Below are positions 9,807 through 18,368 of a DNA stretch of 64,000 nt, piece after piece (positions within the stretch are counted from its first letter, which is position 1; each line of letters starts with the position of its first letter). The DNA is from Turneriella sp. (lineage in GTDB: Bacteria > Spirochaetota > Leptospiria > Turneriellales > Turneriellaceae): contig CBDIID010000003.1 in the NCBI GenBank assembly GCA_965279515.1, positions 3,296,001 to 3,360,000 on the forward strand, read 5' to 3'. The notes beneath the pieces were generated by a model. That model was not told the DNA's origin and did no database searches. It saw nothing but the letters and a program-made list of their open reading frames with translations. A program made the translations under genes and the position numbers.

Positions 9807-10349
9807 ATGAAAGTACTCAAAGTGATCGGAATTCTGCTGGGAGGCATTGTTGCTTTGTTTCTCGTGACGGCGGCGGTTACGAAAAAGAATTATGCCGTCG
9901 AAAGATCAGTGACGATAACGAAGCCCAAAACCGAAGTTTTCAGTTATGCGAAGCTCCTCAAAAATCAGGATAATTTCAGTGTCTGGGCGAAAATGGATCC
10001 GGAGATGAAAAAAACTTACCGCGGTACGGACGGCACCGTCGGCTTCGTTTCGGCCTGGGAGAGCAAGAAGGACGATGTCGGCACGGGAGAACAGGAGATA
10101 AAAAAAATCGACGAAGGTAACCGCATCGACTACGAGCTCCGTTTTCTGAAACCGTTTGAAGCGACCTCGCCGGCGTATCTGGCTTTTACTGATGCTGCTG
10201 ACGGCCAGACGAAGGTGAGCTGGGGCATGAGCGGGCGCATGCCTTATCCGATGAATATCATGCTGCTGTTCATGAATATGGAAGAGATGATCGGCAAGGA
10301 CTTTGACACCGGCCTTGCAAATCTCAAAAACATTCTCGAAAAAAAATAA
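9807..10349 (+). CDS. SRPBCC/polyketide cyclase-like family protein with N-terminal TM anchor
   Basis: VERSVTI, WAKMDP, GTDGTVG, GTGEQEI, GLANLKNILE; SD AAGGAAGG. Confidence 0.88.
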   Translation: MKVLKVIGILLGGIVALFLVTAAVTKKNYAVERSVTITKPKTEVFSYAKLLKNQDNFSVWAKMDPEMKKTYRGTDGTVGFVSAWESKKDDVGTGEQEIKKIDEGNRIDYELRFLKPFEATSPAYLAFTDAADGQTKVSWGMSGRMPYPMNIMLLFMNMEEMIGKDFDTGLANLKNILEKK

Positions 10350-10355
10350 TCGCCG

Positions 10356-10394
10356 AACGGGAATCCGCGTGAAAATCTGCCGGGTTCCCGTTTT
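10356..10394 (+). terminator. Probable intrinsic terminator
   Basis: AACGGGAATCCG...CGGGTTCCCGTT stem followed by T run, just after the stop at 10349. Confidence 0.6.
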
Positions 10395-10408
10395 GGTATT
10401 TTGCTTGT

Positions 10409-10445
10409 CATATTATGTCGCATCACCCTGATGTGACATAATATG
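10409..10445. repeat. 17-bp inverted repeat ending on the start codon of the DegT-like gene
   Basis: CATATTATGTCGCATCA-CCC-TGATGTGACATAATATG, one G-T mismatch. Confidence 0.8.
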
Positions 10446-11612
10446 GCAGTGGAACAAACAACCGAAGCCGGGTTAACTCCACCGAAACCGGGGTATCTCG
10501 CATCTGTTGCGACGTCTAAGTCGAAAAACCAGACGATCCAGTACATGCGGCCAACGCTCTCGCGCAACGAACTCAAGTCGGTGCTCGAGTCGCTGATTCT
10601 CGAAGAGGTTTCATTCGGCCAGGGCGTGCTGGATTTTGAAAAAACCTTCGCGCGCACTTTTGATTTCGGACACGCCGCCGCCGTCGACTCGTATACATCC
10701 GCCTTTCACCTGGCCCTGCTTGCAGCGGAGCTCGGCAAAGACGATGAAATCGTCATGCCGGTTACCGCGCCGCTCTGTCTCATCGATGCGGCGGGGTACA
10801 ATGGTGCCCGCGCTGTGCTGGTCGATCTTGCGAAAGATTCGTTCCACCCCGAAGTGGATGCCCTTTTGGGCGCGATCACGGATAAGACCAAGGTCATCTT
10901 CCTCCCTTATGTCTTTGGCTCGTACAAGGACTTCCGTTCCCTCTACGAAAAGCTCGAAGCAGCGGGCCTACGCAAAAGTAAAGAGCGTTATATCCGTGTG
11001 ATCGAAGATATCTCGCATGTGATCGGCCATGAGTTTAACGGCCGCCAGGCGGGGGCCGACGCCGACATTGCGATCGCCGGTCTCAACGAAGACCATCTCA
11101 TGACGATTGGCAAGGGCGGTGTGGTGCTCACCGATTCGCACAACCTTTTTGCCGTCATCAAAGACCTGCGCGTGCAGGGTGGTAACCGCCCCTACCGCAT
11201 GCGTTTTGACTATGCCATCACCGACTACCAGGCGGCGATGGGCCTTGAGCAGCTCGGTAACCTTTCGGCGATCATTGAACGCCGCCGTCGCATGGGTGTA
11301 CTCTATAACGAAGCGATTGCGCACAGCCGTTTGAAATCCTACTTCGCCATACCAGAGGCGGATGTCTGTGGTTCTTTCCCCGTGCTCAGCGATTCGAATA
11401 TCGAACACATGCAGAGATATTTTTCTTCGCTGCAGATTGAAACGCGCCGTGTATTTCCGAACGGCCCGTTGCACCAGGTCATGGGGCTGAATCCTTTGGA
11501 TTTCCCGAATGCCGAAAGACTTTACCAGCGCGGTGTGCTGTTGCCACTCTATCCGATGCTGAATAAAGCAGCGGTTGAAAAAATTACCGCGGCGATCCGC
11601 GGCTTTTATTGA
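10443..11612 (+). CDS. DegT/DnrJ/EryC1/StrS family sugar-aminotransferase-like protein (catalytic Lys apparently absent)
   Basis: FEKTFA, SYTSAFHLAL, IEDISH, AAMGLEQL, LPLYP; GLNEDHLMTIGKGG in place of SFxxxKxxTxGEGG. Confidence 0.85.
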   Translation: MAVEQTTEAGLTPPKPGYLASVATSKSKNQTIQYMRPTLSRNELKSVLESLILEEVSFGQGVLDFEKTFARTFDFGHAAAVDSYTSAFHLALLAAELGKDDEIVMPVTAPLCLIDAAGYNGARAVLVDLAKDSFHPEVDALLGAITDKTKVIFLPYVFGSYKDFRSLYEKLEAAGLRKSKERYIRVIEDISHVIGHEFNGRQAGADADIAIAGLNEDHLMTIGKGGVVLTDSHNLFAVIKDLRVQGGNRPYRMRFDYAITDYQAAMGLEQLGNLSAIIERRRRMGVLYNEAIAHSRLKSYFAIPEADVCGSFPVLSDSNIEHMQRYFSSLQIETRRVFPNGPLHQVMGLNPLDFPNAERLYQRGVLLPLYPMLNKAAVEKITAAIRGFY

Positions 11613-11804
11613 GCGCGGCGCTGATGCGACAATAATTCTTGAATTATGTCGGATGGCGGCGTGGTTGTACATTTTTTTGTGGAATGTTGTGCATAACTTT
11701 CGCAAAAGAAGAGACATAGTTTTAAAAAATATTTTTCGTTTTCCTGAATTTTTTTTGATTTCGTCTTTACGTTGCGTTCAGCCTACCGGATTCTCATCCG
11801 CTCG

Positions 11805-11972
11805 ATGGACAAGCAGCAGAAATTTTTTGAGTGCCCTGAATGCTCTACCATCGTGGAGCGTGTCTTCCAGAACGGCATCTGTAGAAATTGTCTCAACAAA
11901 AAACTGCAGGCCGTGCGTATCGTGATCGATAAGAACCACGCGTTGAAAGTTGCCCGCATGGCAACTGCGTGA
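11805..11972 (+). CDS. Small putative zinc-binding protein (55 aa)
   Basis: MDKQQKFFECPEC...CRNC; two CxxC pairs in an otherwise empty interval. Confidence 0.55.
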   Translation: MDKQQKFFECPECSTIVERVFQNGICRNCLNKKLQAVRIVIDKNHALKVARMATA

Positions 11973-12002
11973 CCTGTGCCGAGTAGCGACGCGTATCGAG
12001 GC

Positions 12003-13022
12003 ATGGTTAGCGTCTCTTCCTATTCTGTCATTCTCGACCGCGACAAAACCATCAATGCCGACCCCGGATACCTGAACGACCCCGCTAAGGTCGCCTTGTT
12101 GCCGCGCGCTGCCGACGGTATCCGACTCTTAAACCAATTCGGTATCAGGGTTTTTGTCGCCAGCAATCAATCCGGCGTTGCCCGCGGATTGATTTCACTG
12201 ACAGAACTGGCGGCCGTGAATGCGAAAATTTCCGCTCTTTTAGCCGCCGAAGGCGCGCATGTCGAAAAGATCTACGTCTGCCCGCACGGCGACGACGATG
12301 GCTGCGATTGCCGTAAGCCTAAACCGGGCCTTGTACAGCAAATCATCGATGAATACGCGATAGATCCCGCCAGGACCTTTATCGCCGGCGACCGCGCCCG
12401 CGACCTCGAGTGTGCAATCCCCTTCGATATCCGCGGTATTTTGGTGGGCCCCGACGAAACTGTAAAACCACCCAATATGGTTTTTCACGCGGAGAACCTG
12501 CATGAGGCCGCGGCTTTCATTCTCGAGACGGTTTTCGAAGAAGAATCGCACAGCAAGGTGTTCGCAACCGCAGAAGCATTTTTACCGCAACTCGAAAAGA
12601 CCAAAAATGCCGGTAAAAAAGTCATTTTTACAAATGGTTGTTTTGATCTCGTACACAGCGGGCATGTGCAATTGCTTGCCCAGGCGCGTGCGCTCGGCGA
12701 TTACCTGGTGCTGGGATTAAACTCAGACCGCAGCGTGCGTGCGCTGAAAGGTGAGTCACGCCCCGTGAACAACGAACAAGACCGCGCCCGCATTCTTGCG
12801 CAGTTGCCGTATATCGATGCGGTCGTGATCTTCGACGAAGATACTCCGGTTGAACTCATGCAAAGACTCAAGCCCGATATCCAGGTGAAGGGCGGCGACT
12901 ATATCAAGGAAAAATTGCCGGAATACCCGGTGATGAAAGAGATGGGAAAAGAAATTGTGATTCTACCTTTCCGCAAAGGCTATTCGACGACGGGCATTCT
13001 CGCCCGCAGCCACGCTAAATAA
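12003..13022 (+). CDS. gmhB: Fused heptose-1,7-bisphosphate phosphatase (GmhB) and heptose-1-P adenylyltransferase (RfaE2/HldC)
   Basis: DRDKTIN, SNQSG, CPH..CDCRKPKPG; then TNGCFDLVHSGH, GLNSDRSV, KGGDY, STT. Confidence 0.9.
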   Translation: MVSVSSYSVILDRDKTINADPGYLNDPAKVALLPRAADGIRLLNQFGIRVFVASNQSGVARGLISLTELAAVNAKISALLAAEGAHVEKIYVCPHGDDDGCDCRKPKPGLVQQIIDEYAIDPARTFIAGDRARDLECAIPFDIRGILVGPDETVKPPNMVFHAENLHEAAAFILETVFEEESHSKVFATAEAFLPQLEKTKNAGKKVIFTNGCFDLVHSGHVQLLAQARALGDYLVLGLNSDRSVRALKGESRPVNNEQDRARILAQLPYIDAVVIFDEDTPVELMQRLKPDIQVKGGDYIKEKLPEYPVMKEMGKEIVILPFRKGYSTTGILARSHAK

Positions 13023-14310
13023 TTTCGTCGACCGTTGCTTTCAGCTCGCCTTTCGCGAGGCGCACACGCACCTGTGAACCCTTCTCGACTTTTTTCGCAT
13101 CGGTCAGAATCTTATCGCCATCGTAAACGACAGAATAACCGCGCGACAGCGTTGCCAGCGGTGAATAAGCATCGAAGCGGCCGCCTGTGCTTTCAAATTC
13201 AGCGCGCGTCAGCTTCAGCTTTTGTGCCATCAGTACATCGAGCGGAGTGAGCTTGTTGAGAGCGTTGGCATTGCTGGTAACAATATTGCGGAAGGTGAAG
13301 CGCAGTTTCGATTCGAGCTCGTCGAGAAAGTGCGCCTGGTCTTTGACGAGCACATAGGGTTTTTCCCAGAATTCTTTTTCCGACGAACGTAAAAACCTTT
13401 CACGCAGTGTGCGCAACTGACCATCGAGCGTCGCCGCGTTGCGTTTTGCAAAACCATCCACCTTGAACAGCAGCTCTTCAACCGCGGGAAAAACCGCGCG
13501 CGCGGCATCGGTGGGTGTTGCCGCGGCATAGTCAGCGACATCGTCAGAGATCGGGTGGTCGATCTGGTGGCCGACCGCAGAGACAACGGGAATGCGGCAA
13601 GCGGCAATGATACGGCAGACGGCTTCGTCGTTGAAAGCCATCAGGTCTTCGGCCGAGCCGCCGCCGCGGCCGACAATGACGACCTCACACTGCCATTGCG
13701 GTTTTTGAATTTCTGTCAGCGCCGCAGCGATTGAAGCCGCCGCCGCCTCGCCCTGCACCTGGGCGGGTGCCAGCACGATTTCGGCATGAGGATACCGTTC
13801 CTGCACCTGTTTCAGCATATCGCGGTAGGCCGCGGTTCCGGCCCCTGTCACAATACCCACGCGTTTGGGAAGAGTTGGCAATTCACGCCGGGTCTCAGCG
13901 GTCTTTATCAATCCCTCTTTAAGAAGGCGTTCGCGGATCTGCTGCAGCTTCTGCAGAATGTCGCCCGCGCCGACCTTTTGCACGCGGCGGACCGTGAGGC
14001 TGTATGTCGATTGCGGCGCATAGATGCCCATCGAGCCGAACAGCTCGACTTCGAGGCCGGCCTTGAGCTCGAAATCCAGTGCGGTCTGGGCAAAACGGAA
14101 ATAGGTGCAACGGACGGTGGGGCGTGGGTTTGCACCCTTTTGGCTCATGTCTGAAAGCGTGATATAGATATGGCCAGAGGAGGAGTGTTTTTGGTACGAA
14201 GTAATTTCGCCGCGCACCCAGACATCCTGTAGTTCGGGCGTACTCTTGATTTTGGCTTCGATGATACGGCAGATTTCGGCGACGGAGAACTGTTGCGGCA
14301 CGGGTCGCAT
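13015..14310 (-). CDS. xseA: Exodeoxyribonuclease VII large subunit
   Basis: VWVRGEI, SGHIY, GRGGGSAEDLMAFN, SAVGHQID, TPTDAA, SPLATLSRGY. Confidence 0.95.
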   Translation of the reverse strand: MRPVPQQFSVAEICRIIEAKIKSTPELQDVWVRGEITSYQKHSSSGHIYITLSDMSQKGANPRPTVRCTYFRFAQTALDFELKAGLEVELFGSMGIYAPQSTYSLTVRRVQKVGAGDILQKLQQIRERLLKEGLIKTAETRRELPTLPKRVGIVTGAGTAAYRDMLKQVQERYPHAEIVLAPAQVQGEAAAASIAAALTEIQKPQWQCEVVIVGRGGGSAEDLMAFNDEAVCRIIAACRIPVVSAVGHQIDHPISDDVADYAAATPTDAARAVFPAVEELLFKVDGFAKRNAATLDGQLRTLRERFLRSSEKEFWEKPYVLVKDQAHFLDELESKLRFTFRNIVTSNANALNKLTPLDVLMAQKLKLTRAEFESTGGRFDAYSPLATLSRGYSVVYDGDKILTDAKKVEKGSQVRVRLAKGELKATVDEII

Positions 14311-14390
14311 CGAATGCAAAATCGGATCGCAGCCGCAAAGTGAAAATCGAAAAGGGCCCGGAGATGATTGTCGCGCCTGCAAAAAATTTC

Positions 14391-16034
14391 ATGCGCGCCA
14401 TCTGTATTTGTGCGCTCGCCGCCGCGCTTTCATGCAAATCATGGGGGAAGTTCTGGGAGGTTGGCACCGTAACGATCAGTGCCTTGGGCGGGCGCAGTAC
14501 CGGGGAGTTGTGGAGCAATACACTGATTGGCAGCTCAACAAGCTCTGTAGCGCGCATTGAAATCTCCATTGCCGGCGGTGCCTGGGGCATAGCAACCGGC
14601 ACGACGTCATGGCGCTATGCGATTCCTTTTTCGGCGAATCTGAAAGTCGGCAAAAAATATGCTTTTAGTGCGCGTGCGGTAGGTAGTGACGGGTCCGTGA
14701 TCGCGACGCAATCGGGGGATTTGCTGCGTCGGGAAAATCACGATATCAACGGAGACGGCTATGCCGACTTCATCGCGGCAGCTCCGGCACGTAATACCAG
14801 CACTGGTTCGATCTATATTTATTATGGCGCTGCGGCGCCGCAATACGCGGCTTCGGGCGCCGGCGCACCAACAATCATCACTGGCGGCGGTACCCAGCGC
14901 AGCTTCGGCTCAGCCTTGGCCCTGGGTGACATCAATGGCGATGGTTACGCCGATCTGGCCGTTGGGGGCGAGCAGTATGCCTCGGGCGCATACAACGGTG
15001 CGGTGTGGATCTATTTCGGCGGCAGTAATGGCATTCCCAGCCAGGCGGCGCTGGTAACGGCGCAATATGTCGGCATCGCCGCAAACGATTATTATGGCGG
15101 CGCGGTTGCGGTGGGCGATCTCAACGGCGACGGTTACCAGGATGTTGTGGTTGGCGCGCGTGAGCGCGTCGGTTCAACGGGTGAAATTTATGCGTACCTG
15201 GGTTCATCCTCCGGCTTGTCATTAGCAACGGCAACCGTGAAAACCGGTACCGGATCTGAAAGGTTCGGTTCTTCGCTGGCGGTGGTCGATGTCAACAGCG
15301 ACGGCATGGCAGATGTCATTGTCGGCGCACCGACAGCCACCCCAACTAGTCTAGCCTATGTTTTTCACGGCATTGCTTCGGGTTTTAATACCACTGCGGC
15401 CGCCACGATCACCGGAGAGGCCGCTGACCGTTTCGGTGACGGCTTCGCCACCGGCGATTTTAACAATGATGGCTATGTGGATATAGCGGTTCAAGCGCGC
15501 GATCACAATGCGGGTCTCGCAACACAGGGGAAGGTATACTTTTTTCCGGGAAGCGCGGCAGGGTTCTCTAATTTCACAGCCAACAGCGCAACGCATCTGA
15601 ATTTTTCGGGTGAGTTAGCCGGATCAACCCTTGGGCGCAGCATACGCATTACCGATGCCAACGGTGATGGTTTTGCCGATTTGCTCTTTTCTTCTTATCT
15701 GCCGGCGTCGATTCCCGGAAAAATTTATTTTCTTCCCGGTAACGCCAGCGGCTTTAGTTCAGCGAATGCGGCAACGATTGCGCAACAAATCACCGGCATC
15801 ACCAATGGCGACGGTCTTGGTGTCTGCATGAGCGTGAAAGATATCAATGGCGACGGCTTTCCCGATCTCATCGCAGGTGCCTATAACCGAAACGCGGGTG
15901 CCGGTGGCGGGCAGGGCACGGCCAGTGTCATTTTAGGGAGTAGAGCCGGCTTTTCGAGTCCATCGTCTGCCGCGGCTGCTTTTACCCTGAATGGTGAAGC
16001 GGGGGGCGACAACTTCGGTCTTGTTGTCTATTAA
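14391..16034 (+). CDS. Lipoprotein with Ig-like domain and FG-GAP (integrin-alpha-like) beta-propeller
   Basis: Signal ending ALSC; seven DxNxDGxxD Ca-binding repeats with FG..GA motifs. Confidence 0.88.
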   Translation: MRAICICALAAALSCKSWGKFWEVGTVTISALGGRSTGELWSNTLIGSSTSSVARIEISIAGGAWGIATGTTSWRYAIPFSANLKVGKKYAFSARAVGSDGSVIATQSGDLLRRENHDINGDGYADFIAAAPARNTSTGSIYIYYGAAAPQYAASGAGAPTIITGGGTQRSFGSALALGDINGDGYADLAVGGEQYASGAYNGAVWIYFGGSNGIPSQAALVTAQYVGIAANDYYGGAVAVGDLNGDGYQDVVVGARERVGSTGEIYAYLGSSSGLSLATATVKTGTGSERFGSSLAVVDVNSDGMADVIVGAPTATPTSLAYVFHGIASGFNTTAAATITGEAADRFGDGFATGDFNNDGYVDIAVQARDHNAGLATQGKVYFFPGSAAGFSNFTANSATHLNFSGELAGSTLGRSIRITDANGDGFADLLFSSYLPASIPGKIYFLPGNASGFSSANAATIAQQITGITNGDGLGVCMSVKDINGDGFPDLIAGAYNRNAGAGGGQGTASVILGSRAGFSSPSSAAAAFTLNGEAGGDNFGLVVY

Positions 16035-16040
16035 GGATAA

Positions 16041-18368
16041 ATGCCTAAAGCAATCTTAATCACACAATGCCTGCAGAACGACTTTGTGCGCCTGCTCGAC
16101 AGATATGATCCGCTGCCGAATTTTCTGCATATCGGTTATGACGAAGCCAACCGGCTTCTGGGCGAGCGCGTCGAAGAGGGGCCGGTCGCGCAAATCATAC
16201 GCTGGGCTTACGACCAGAAATCCGACGACCTGGGAATCATACATATCCGCGACTGGCACGACGAACACGATACCGAGCAACAAGGGCATCTGAACCAGTT
16301 CGGAAAACACAGTCTTAGGGGAACAGACGGCGCTGATTTTGTTTTTAGCAAGCAGATCAAAGAAGGTCGCCACCATGCGATCGTCGACGCGTCGGGCCTC
16401 AATGATTTTTACCAGACGGATTTAGCGGAGCATCTTAGCGATTGCAATGCTGCCGCCCTCAAAGTCGGGTTGATCGGCGTCTGGACCGAGGCTAAGATTA
16501 CGTATCTCGCCTATGAACTCCTAACCCGGTATCCTAAAATCGAACTTTCGACCTGCAGTGCGCTCACGGCGAGCTCATCCCGCAGCCAGCACTTTATTGC
16601 CCTCGATCATCTCAAAAAAATTCTCGGTGTGAAGATCTTTGATTCCGTCGCCAGCTTCGCCGAACACCTCGGCGGCGAAGGGCATGGGGTCACCCCTTCG
16701 GCTTATGCTGCCGCTAAGATGCTCGACGATGCCAAATTCCATTTTAATATTCCGTATACGCTTAAAGAAGCAGACAATAAAATATTGCATTATCTTTTCC
16801 GCGACAGTAAATCCGCCGATTTCATCTGTCTTGACGGCGGCTTTAGCGGCAACGTGGTCTTAAAGGCCGAATCGCGCGACCAGTATGACCAGAAGCAGAC
16901 GCCGACAGTCGTCAAGATCGGCGAACGCGACCCGATTTCGCGCGAACGTGCGGCATTTGAACGCGTGCAGGAAGTACTCGGTAACAGCGCACCGGCAATC
17001 GTCGATTTTGCCGAATTCGGCACGCGCGGCGGCATCAAATACCGTTACGCAGCCATGACCGATGGCAAAGTGAAGACGTTCCAGAAGTATTTTGCCGAAA
17101 GCGACGATGTGGAACTGCTCAGAAAATTTTTAAGTATCGTTTTCACCCGCCAGCTCGGGAAATTCTACGAGGCCGCGGTTCAGGAGAATCTGAATCTGCT
17201 TGAGTATTACGATTTCCGTCCCAAATATGCCGATTCGGTGAAACGTAAGTGTGCTGAACTGGCGGACCTGCAAGCCGATGGCACTCTCAAAATCACAGAG
17301 GGCTTGCACGTCGAAGACGTCGCCGCTTTTTACGCGCACGACCTGCTCACTTTGCGCGAGACCGTCGCCGTACCGCGCTACGTTTCCTGGCTGCATGGCG
17401 ACCTCAACGGCGCCAATATCATGATCGACGAGGCACATAATGTCTGGCTGATCGATTTCTTTCACACACACCGCGGCCATGCGCTGAAAGACTTAATCAA
17501 ACTCGAAAACGATATCCTGTTTATTTTTACGAAAATTGATGATGCGCATGATCTGTTTTTGGCGAAACAGGCAACAGACTGGCTGTTCGATATCCATGAT
17601 CTCGCGGTACCTCTCGGTGAGATTCCTGTTACACTGGCCGCCGATGCCCGCTTTCGGAAATCCCTGCTTGTCATTCAGTACCTGCGCGGACTTTATAAGA
17701 ATATTATCGATCTCGACCGCGACCCCTACCAGTTTTTCATCGCCGCTGCGCGTTATGCCATGCACACGCTCTCCTTCGACGAGTGCAATCTCTGGCAACG
17801 CAAATGGGCGCTCTATGCGGGAGCGACTGCGCTGGGGCGCGTACGCGCATCGCTGGCACAATCGGCGCAACTCAGAATCGATTTTATGGATCTGCAGGGC
17901 CATGCGTCGCCCCAGGGACTCATCGGGCTGACAATCTTGCCGGGTCGCAAGGACCGTGGCCGCGACCTGGCGACCGATATCGAACAATTAAAAAAATCCG
18001 GCGTCGGCGCCGTGGTGACCCTTATCAGTAATGCCGAATTTGGCGACTACGGCGTACCCGATCTGCTCGACAAATACCGCAGCGCCGGTTTCGAAGTACT
18101 GCACACGCCGATTAAAGACCAGGGTGTACCCACCGCCGATCAGGCCGATGAGCTTCTCGGCTTCATCCAGAAGAATGCGGATGCAAACCGGCGCACGGTT
18201 CTCCATTGTGTCGGCGGTCTCGGCCGCACGGGGGTTGCTGCGGCGCTGTTTCTGAAACACTTCGCAGGTATCGATGGCGATGAGGCAATTAACCGTATAC
18301 GCGCCGTCCGTTCGCCCCGTGCCGTAGAAAATCTCGATCAGGAAAATTACGTGAGAAATTATGCCTAA
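16041..18368 (+). CDS. Tri-domain protein: isochorismatase-like + APH/kinase-fold phosphotransferase + CDKN3-like Cx5R phosphatase
   Basis: CLQNDF, DWH, HSLRGTDGA; GGFSG, VVKIG, HGDLNGAN, LIDF; HCVGGLGRTG. Confidence 0.85.
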   Translation: MPKAILITQCLQNDFVRLLDRYDPLPNFLHIGYDEANRLLGERVEEGPVAQIIRWAYDQKSDDLGIIHIRDWHDEHDTEQQGHLNQFGKHSLRGTDGADFVFSKQIKEGRHHAIVDASGLNDFYQTDLAEHLSDCNAAALKVGLIGVWTEAKITYLAYELLTRYPKIELSTCSALTASSSRSQHFIALDHLKKILGVKIFDSVASFAEHLGGEGHGVTPSAYAAAKMLDDAKFHFNIPYTLKEADNKILHYLFRDSKSADFICLDGGFSGNVVLKAESRDQYDQKQTPTVVKIGERDPISRERAAFERVQEVLGNSAPAIVDFAEFGTRGGIKYRYAAMTDGKVKTFQKYFAESDDVELLRKFLSIVFTRQLGKFYEAAVQENLNLLEYYDFRPKYADSVKRKCAELADLQADGTLKITEGLHVEDVAAFYAHDLLTLRETVAVPRYVSWLHGDLNGANIMIDEAHNVWLIDFFHTHRGHALKDLIKLENDILFIFTKIDDAHDLFLAKQATDWLFDIHDLAVPLGEIPVTLAADARFRKSLLVIQYLRGLYKNIIDLDRDPYQFFIAAARYAMHTLSFDECNLWQRKWALYAGATALGRVRASLAQSAQLRIDFMDLQGHASPQGLIGLTILPGRKDRGRDLATDIEQLKKSGVGAVVTLISNAEFGDYGVPDLLDKYRSAGFEVLHTPIKDQGVPTADQADELLGFIQKNADANRRTVLHCVGGLGRTGVAAALFLKHFAGIDGDEAINRIRAVRSPRAVENLDQENYVRNYA

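Noticed and set aside
11612..11804. Possible oriC (AT-rich region with a DnaA box)
   Set aside because: Only one consensus box and one weak one; no dnaA nearby.
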